NCBI GenBank assembly: GCA_009602735.1
Contig: WELA01003449.1
Coordinates: 25,050-66,617, forward strand
Length of the DNA stretch: 41,568 bases
DNA from: Mesotaenium endlicherianum
Lineage: Eukaryota
Reading direction: 5' to 3'
A program made the position numbers and the translations under genes. Below, piece after piece: positions 35,849 to 41,568 of this stretch (position 1 is the first letter of the stretch; each line of letters starts with the position of its first letter). Below the pieces are notes generated by a model. It searched no databases. It was not told where the DNA came from and was given only the letters and a program-made list of their open reading frames with translations.

Positions 35849-37996
35849 ATCCTTGGCTGCAAAAACGGGTTCAAAAATACCCAGAAATCGTAGGTCTCGT
35901 CAGCCAACTTCTGGGTTCAAATATATCTCAGGTGAGACCTCTTTCACCTCTTCCAATAAGACCGAAACCTCTAATTGCCACTCAACGCCGTGACCTCCGC
36001 TACACGCCGACATGAACGGGCATAGTATTTTTATGAATCTCTTCGCACGTGCCTTCATTGAACCCTCAATTCAAAGGCGCGAGACCTAGATGTTGAGCCT
36101 GGTCAATTAAATCCAACACTGTGAGCCTCACACCCTGAACCCTAACTTAGACTTAAAACCCTAATTTATGCCCTGAAACCTAGAATTCAAACCTGAGCGC
36201 CAAAAGTCAAACCCGAACCTTCATGCTTAGTAGCCTAATGCTCATATTCTTGCCCGGGGGCGCTGGCCCTGTGAAGGGCTCAGACAGTTGGCCCCAAACT
36301 AGCTGGATCTGGTTGTGCCGCGTGACGACATGTGTCCTGCTGTTGGGGGGGCACTACTGCGGTTCTCAGCCTGCACAGTTCCTCCCACGGGGGGGGAGGT
36401 GTGGGGTTGGGAATGGACGTGCCGAAGATTGTTTTCATGCAAGGGAAGGGCATGCGCGTGCCTGCATGGCTAGTAGGGTTGTAATAGTTGAACAGCTGGC
36501 ACGGCGTACGCATAGGAATATTGCTCATGCACCCAGCTGCGCTCTGTTGTGCTATACTGTAATGAATCAGTATATTAGTGGATATAATACTCATTTAAAT
36601 CTAATAGTTAATTAAGTTCAGCCTGCTGAACTTTAGTTAATAGTCAGTCTGCTGGACTTTACATAATTATCAGTTTAATGACTCGGCCGAAAGCAGCAGG
36701 CTGAGGTCAACTTAAGTCAGCTTGCTGACATATTCTTTGACAGCCAGCTGACTTCCGTGCTCGGTAGCAGCGAACTGCCTTGATGTGCATCTAAGTACGA
36801 CATGCTAGATGAATGGCCAGATGACATCCCCATGATGGATGGCTATTCGGGATGATGGGAGATGGCGGTGGATTTGGTCAACCGAGGTCCTACCAACGTG
36901 GTTAACTCCCGGGTAGGCGGTGCCATCGCACTGATCGTTGAACAGTAAACTCATTCCATGTACATATGCTAGGCATTGCTCTCGAGTTCGGCATTCGGAA
37001 ACGAGGCCAACTCTCTTGTACAGCTTACTGAGAGAGATCTGAATCCAAGGCGAGAAGCCATTGATACGCACTGTCTTCTAACCTTGCTTATGTATGAGTC
37101 TACTGATTTGCATTATTGATGCTAGTTTACTCGCATTTGACTTACGAGTATTATTCACTGCTAGTGTATTGTCCTTTGCCGTTTAACCAGTTAACGGAAA
37201 TTGCCATCAAGATTACTTGCTGATATAAAGATCTTTATTAATTGTTAATCGCTTATTTGGTAAGTCGATTCATTACATATACTGTGTGCTGGGCTGTTGC
37301 AAACAGCGCTAGAAAACAGGGTGTGCTGTCATGCAGGTTCTCCCCCAGAGAGCTGGCGATGAGTCTCTGGGTGTGAAGGCGAAGCCTTTGACAGGCTTTA
37401 GTGTGATCAACCCCTTCAAATAGACTAAACTAGACACAACTAGAGTAGACTAACACAGCAGCATGGCATCAGCTGAGCCCGTAACAATTGTGTTTGAAGA
37501 GATACAGGACTTAAGGTTAGAGGGATAGTGAATGCATGTTATGTGATGGTGCTGGAGCAGCCACTGTCACACACAAAAGTTCTTGAAAAAAGTCCTTGGA
37601 AAGTGTGTGCACATGATGGTGGAAGCACAGTAAAGAGAGCAGGTTATGTGAAGAGCGTGTGTCCGTCTCTAGCACACGAGGGAGAGTTCGGCAAAAAGCA
37701 GGTGCAAGTGCATGACCACATTGAAGAATGTGCAGAATGAAATAAACAACATGTGCTACTGAGATGACATAAGCGGACCATAATGAAAGGTTGTCGTTGT
37801 GTGCTTCTCAATGAGACACAAACTAAGCAAAAGGTACAACATGCTGAAAACCATTTGCAAACAAAAGGAAAGCTTTGAATAATGACATGGAAGAGGTACA
37901 TTTGCAAATAAAGAATATGCTAGCCTGGGTAAATGCTACAGATGCATATTGAAAAGGCTTACCACAATAATATATTTCATGACTCAAACACCACCC

Positions 37997-39541
37997 TCAG
38001 GTATCACTCTCAGGTGTACTAGCACGTGTCTCGTGCGCTTGAGAAGCACGTCTCCCAGCAACACTATCTGCAAGTTGCCTGACAACATCAGACTTGTCAC
38101 GGCCTACGTCTTTACTGACAACAAATGACTCACGCGTAAGGCCTACATCAATGTCATTCCTTTGCTTAGCAAGCTTGATCCTCAACTCATACTCGTCAAC
38201 AGCAATTTTCATGTGCATCTGTGTTGCCTCCCTAAGGGCAGCAACAGTGTGGTTACTACTCTCAAGTAGAGCATCTATCATCTTCTCCTGTCTGCTAGCA
38301 GTGTTAGCAGCATGCATCTCAAAGTCACTAGCTTTTCTCTTCTTTTGACCAACTTTGACAAAGTCAGTCCTGCCAGCAGCAGAAGAGGGCGGAATGACGG
38401 AGGGAACCGGTGATGCCGAACGAGCTTGACGTTGTGGCGTGGTTGAACGCCTGTTGGGGGTGGGCTCTCCTCCACGGGAAGGAGATGACATCCCAGATAA
38501 GCCCCCACGCGGCACGCTTGCAGGCGATGAACGTTGGGCCCGTGGAGGTGGAGAGAAGGCAGTAGGGACACTTGGGCCAGTCTCATCCTCGGGCAAGAGG
38601 TCATCATCATCGATGTCCACAGGGAATGGTGCAGACTGGTCCCTTGCCGGTCCTTTTCCGCGGGCTGATGGAAGGTCCTCCTCTCCCTCAAGCAAATTAT
38701 CTCCATATTGACAGGTGGGGGTTGCCCCCATACCCAACAACAGTAGCGATGCAGCACCCCCGCTAATACGAAGAGTTTGAGCACGTTCTATGGCTCTAGC
38801 CTCTTGAATTGCATTATGATCCTGCTCTCCAGGATTACAAAATGCTACCTTATCCCCTGCCCTCTTTTTCCACTCAGCATACACTTTCTCATCTGGCCAA
38901 TTTTTAGTCGGTTTGATGTTTAGTATCTGCAAGTCTTCTTTTTGCAGCTGAAAAAAGGATGGAAAGCCAGAGGCGGGCCTATGCTCATAGTCGGCAATAC
39001 CCTTAATCCCAACTAGCATCTTCTCAAAGAATCTCTTCAGTGCCATACCACTACGTGCAACCCCTGTCAAAATGGTCAACCTTTTGGCCACTTCATCCCA
39101 CTCTGCAGGAGGAAGAGTGTACTTGGCTCCGCAATTCTTTAGCTGTCCCATGAAGTCTCTATAGTCGCAAAGGGCACAAATTAGGTCAAGGCGTTGTTGT
39201 TGACACCAGGAGGTGCCCTTTCCCCCCCCCTTATCCAAACCCCCCTCATCCAAACCCCCCTCATCCCTCTTTGTTTTTGTCTTACGTTTCACAACTTGCT
39301 TCGACTTCGAAGCCGAGGACGTCGATGCAGACATAGGAGGGGGGTTCAGCTGCAGGCAATACATAGATATCGTATACAATGTACACATTGTAAGGAGAGA
39401 GGTACTCGAGGCATGAATACAAGGAAGTTCAGATTGCAAATATTGGGTCTGATGAGCAGTAGGTCTCACCTGTGTCATAGCAGACGACTGTATTCTGGGC
39501 TGGGAGCCACATGCAGCCGCAGGGGCAGGAGGAAGGACAGC
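37997..39541 (-). CDS. Myb/SANT-like trihelix DNA-binding protein with C-terminal coiled coil (transposon-borne)
   Basis: Main exon 39349-37997 (451 codons, CAG acceptor) plus a probable exon 39541-39470. The segment TSWCQQQRLDLI...AEWDEVAKRLTILTGVARSGMALKRFFEKMLVGIKGIADYE...SFFQL resembles GT-1/SH4-type trihelix. It is followed by a Pro/Ser-rich linker, a KKRK NLS-like motif and a helical tail (MIDALLES...VAALREA...VVRQLADSV). Confidence 0.7.
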   Translation of the reverse strand, partial: AVLPPAPAAACGSQPRIQSSAMTQVRPTAHQTQYLQSELPCIHASSTSLLTMCTLYTISMYCLQLNPPPMSASTSSASKSKQVVKRKTKTKRDEGGLDEGGLDKGGGKGTSWCQQQRLDLICALCDYRDFMGQLKNCGAKYTLPPAEWDEVAKRLTILTGVARSGMALKRFFEKMLVGIKGIADYEHRPASGFPSFFQLQKEDLQILNIKPTKNWPDEKVYAEWKKRAGDKVAFCNPGEQDHNAIQEARAIERAQTLRISGGAASLLLLGMGATPTCQYGDNLLEGEEDLPSARGKGPARDQSAPFPVDIDDDDLLPEDETGPSVPTAFSPPPRAQRSSPASVPRGGLSGMSSPSRGGEPTPNRRSTTPQRQARSASPVPSVIPPSSAAGRTDFVKVGQKKRKASDFEMHAANTASRQEKMIDALLESSNHTVAALREATQMHMKIAVDEYELRIKLAKQRNDIDVGLTRESFVVSKDVGRDKSDVVRQLADSVAGRRASQAHETRASTPESDT

Positions 39542-39919
39542 CTACAAAAAGAAGAATACAACAGTCTATGTAACAATTGTAACAACGCAGATAAAAAAAA
39601 GGCATTGATAAGTTACTACAATGGACCCTGAAGGAAGATGCAATGAGAAAGATAACGACATGAGCGTACACATAATGAATGTGAGGAAAAGTTTCCCATA
39701 AATGCTGAAAGATGTGGAAGGGGTGTGGAAGGAGTGAGAAAGTAACTGGTCCTTGAAGCACGGTTGGAAAAGTAACAGGTGAGGGTGTGTAGTCTTTTGC
39801 CTGCAAACAAAGAATGGCCACTTTCAGGAAGGGTCCGAGGCAGCTTCTGGCCTACTGATGCAATAATTGAGATGAAGAATGCTAAGCACGTCATCAATAA
39901 AGATTGTCAGAGGATGTAC

Positions 39920-40255
39920 CTGCTCCTGATTACCAGTTGGAGACATGACGAGCTATATATTGTCAACTGTTGTGGATGATTTGACGGGCGACTGCACTTG
40001 GTGCTGCACGGGAGTGCCGGTGGATACGTTAGGGCTCTTCCAGGCAGGAAGGACGCCAGTGCCCAATGCAGGAAGGGGTGGCCTACTGCCAAAGAGGCAG
40101 GATGGTACTACGCCGGCAGATGATGGAGGTGTAGGCTGAAAGAGTGGGGCTGGTTTGCCTGTGTTCGATGCTGCTGCATAGTAGCTTTGACGAAGGTACT
40201 GCAAGTATTGCAGCTCAGCAAGCGATATAAAAGGAACACCCGCTGGGTTGTTCAT
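39920..40255 (-). pseudogene. Possible upstream exon of the trihelix-like gene, with an in-frame TAG at 39955-39953
   Basis: ATG 40255 opens MNNPAGVPFISLAELQYLQYLRQ...VDNI*LVMSPTGNQEQ, ending at a CAG|GTACAT donor in phase 0, compatible with exon 39541-39470. Confidence 0.35.
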
Positions 40256-40891
40256 GGTGAGAGAAGTGGGAAATAAGAACAAGACTGGAATTGCGTGCCA
40301 TGGTGTGTTATGTACACTCTTGTTTGAACTGGAAGAGACAAGGAGATGGATTGGATTGTGGCACTTCTTGAATGGGCTTCGAACTGTAATGGAGGGAAAC
40401 GAGAAGATGGAACCAAAAATTGGAGTGGCATGTTTGAAATTTTGGCTCACGGAATTGGAACCATCCGTAGTCGGCTTTTGCCATGCCCAAAAAATACCCA
40501 GGGACAGATACGTACCTCGGGCGGCCAAATAAGAGGTACACATTTGCGAGTGCTCATGTTATTACACACAAAAAGCGACCAATGAACTACCAGGGTCTAA
40601 CGTAATTCAAGGACTTACGATTTTTGAAGTAGTGAAGACTAGTCTTCAAAAAAACTCCCCTCCGGAGTACCTAGAGGCACTCGTCGAGATGCGGGTTCTA
40701 TTTGGCAACAGAGGGGCGTGCATGGCGACAAATTTGTGTGCATCTGACGATTTCAGAGAAATATTCTCAACATAAAGCGAGTTCTGTGGATAAATAAGAT
40801 ATCCTCCTCGACGAATGAATCTTCCCCGGTACACGAGTTTGCGAAAGGTGGTAAATTCTAGGTGCAAATTGACGTGCGGGTGTGCGAGTTC

Positions 40892-40911
40892 TGCTCAATG
40901 GGGCCGGACTG
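40892..40911 (-). repeat. Right terminal inverted repeat
   Basis: tgctcaatggggccggactg, the exact reverse complement of 35829-35848. Confidence 0.9.
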
Positions 40912-41217
40912 TCAGTAAGTTTCCTCAACTTTCTTGAGATGGCCATACATGGCAACTTGCAAGCTCTAACAACACGATCTCAAATGCACTGACCATCCAC
41001 ATCCAGTGTCCACATCCAGTGTCCAGAGCAAGAGCTTCGCCAATCGGCGCAAATTGGTGTGAACAGAGTGACTACTCTGAGCTGGTAACGGGTGCATACG
41101 CTTTCCGCTACTTGAGCTTAATCTGTCTTTGTTACATCTACCAACGTATATACCAGTAGGCTATCTGTACAAGAATATACAGCTAGTATGCACACTATTT
41201 CATCGGGGGCCCGCCCC

Positions 41218-41334
41218 TCACGACGACCCAAACTCCCAGTTCCACTGCTGGAAGCCTTGCAGCACCTCCGAAGAGACGCTGGCTCGCACGCCTTTCAACG
41301 CCCTCTTGAAGTCGTCCAGCCTCACCGGTCGTAT
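41218..41334 (-). CDS. Terminal exon of a meiotic-clade AAA ATPase (spastin/fidgetin-like, Vps4_C-type tail); the rest of the gene lies beyond the window
   Basis: Poly-T tract plus TGCAG acceptor, then IRPVRLDDFKRALKGVRASVSSEVLQGFQQWNWEFGSS*. This matches the RP....DF..A...VR.SVS......F..WN..FG C-terminus of spastin/FIGL1. Confidence 0.85.
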   Translation of the reverse strand: MRPVRLDDFKRALKGVRASVSSEVLQGFQQWNWEFGSS

Positions 41335-41568
41335 CTGCAAAAAAAAAAAAAAAAGCGGCCGTTGCCGTCCGAGCACAACCGCCGTTGCCCCACGTTTTGC
41401 AACGCACGAAAGCCCGCGCTCAGTAAGCACCTTTGGAGTCCTGCCCAAAAGTGGTACGCTCGTCTCCAAGTACGCACCCCTCTAGCTTTTTGCCAAACTG
41501 GCAGACCACATGCGCCCCCTCGTATCACGCATTTATAAAAAGAAAGGGGAAAAAAAAAAAAAAAAAAA

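Larger units (their letters stand above)
35829..40911. mobile_element. TIR DNA transposon, 5083 bp, apparently non-autonomous, carrying a Myb/SANT trihelix-like gene (PIF/Harbinger-like cargo)
   Basis: Perfect 20-bp TIRs: CAGTCCGGCCCCATTGAGCA (35829-35848) and TGCTCAATGGGGCCGGACTG (40892-40911). TCA flanks both ends (35826-35828, 40912-40914), consistent with a 3-bp TSD. I found no DDE transposase ORF inside. Confidence 0.8.

Noticed and set aside
35990..37500. Transposase inside the TIR element
   Set aside because: I found only short stop-interrupted frames (e.g. MLDEWPDDIPMMDGYSG*, VLPQRAGDESLGVK...), with no DDE/HARBI1 motifs that I can recognise.

Overview
Eukaryotic, intron-rich genomic DNA with GC-rich short exons, microsatellite-rich introns and five N gaps. 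The gene content (plant-type GH5/fascin glucanase, trihelix-like protein) suggests a streptophyte, probably an alga; this is inference. I traced all exons by hand from splice signals and reading-frame phase. (1) + strand, ~699/832-10406: a 15-exon GH5 exo-beta-1,3-glucanase-like gene with the usual inserted fascin-like module and an apparent extra N-terminal one. (2) - strand, 29487-12479: a 29-exon, ~1600-aa secreted protein with the order signal peptide, G8, CEMIP/TMEM2-type beta-helix, jelly-roll module, two MopE-like Cys/Asp motifs and two more jelly-roll modules. This is a mosaic with bacterial-looking domains, and its last ~18 codons are duplicated in frame just past the stop with almost only synonymous changes. 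(3) 35829-40911: a 5.08-kb DNA transposon with perfect 20-bp TIRs and a 3-bp TCA target duplication. It carries a Myb/SANT trihelix-like gene but no recognisable transposase. (4) The last exon of a spastin/fidgetin-like AAA ATPase at 41218-41334 (-). The rest (10.4-12.4 kb, 29.6-35.8 kb) looks like non-coding DNA with probable TE debris.
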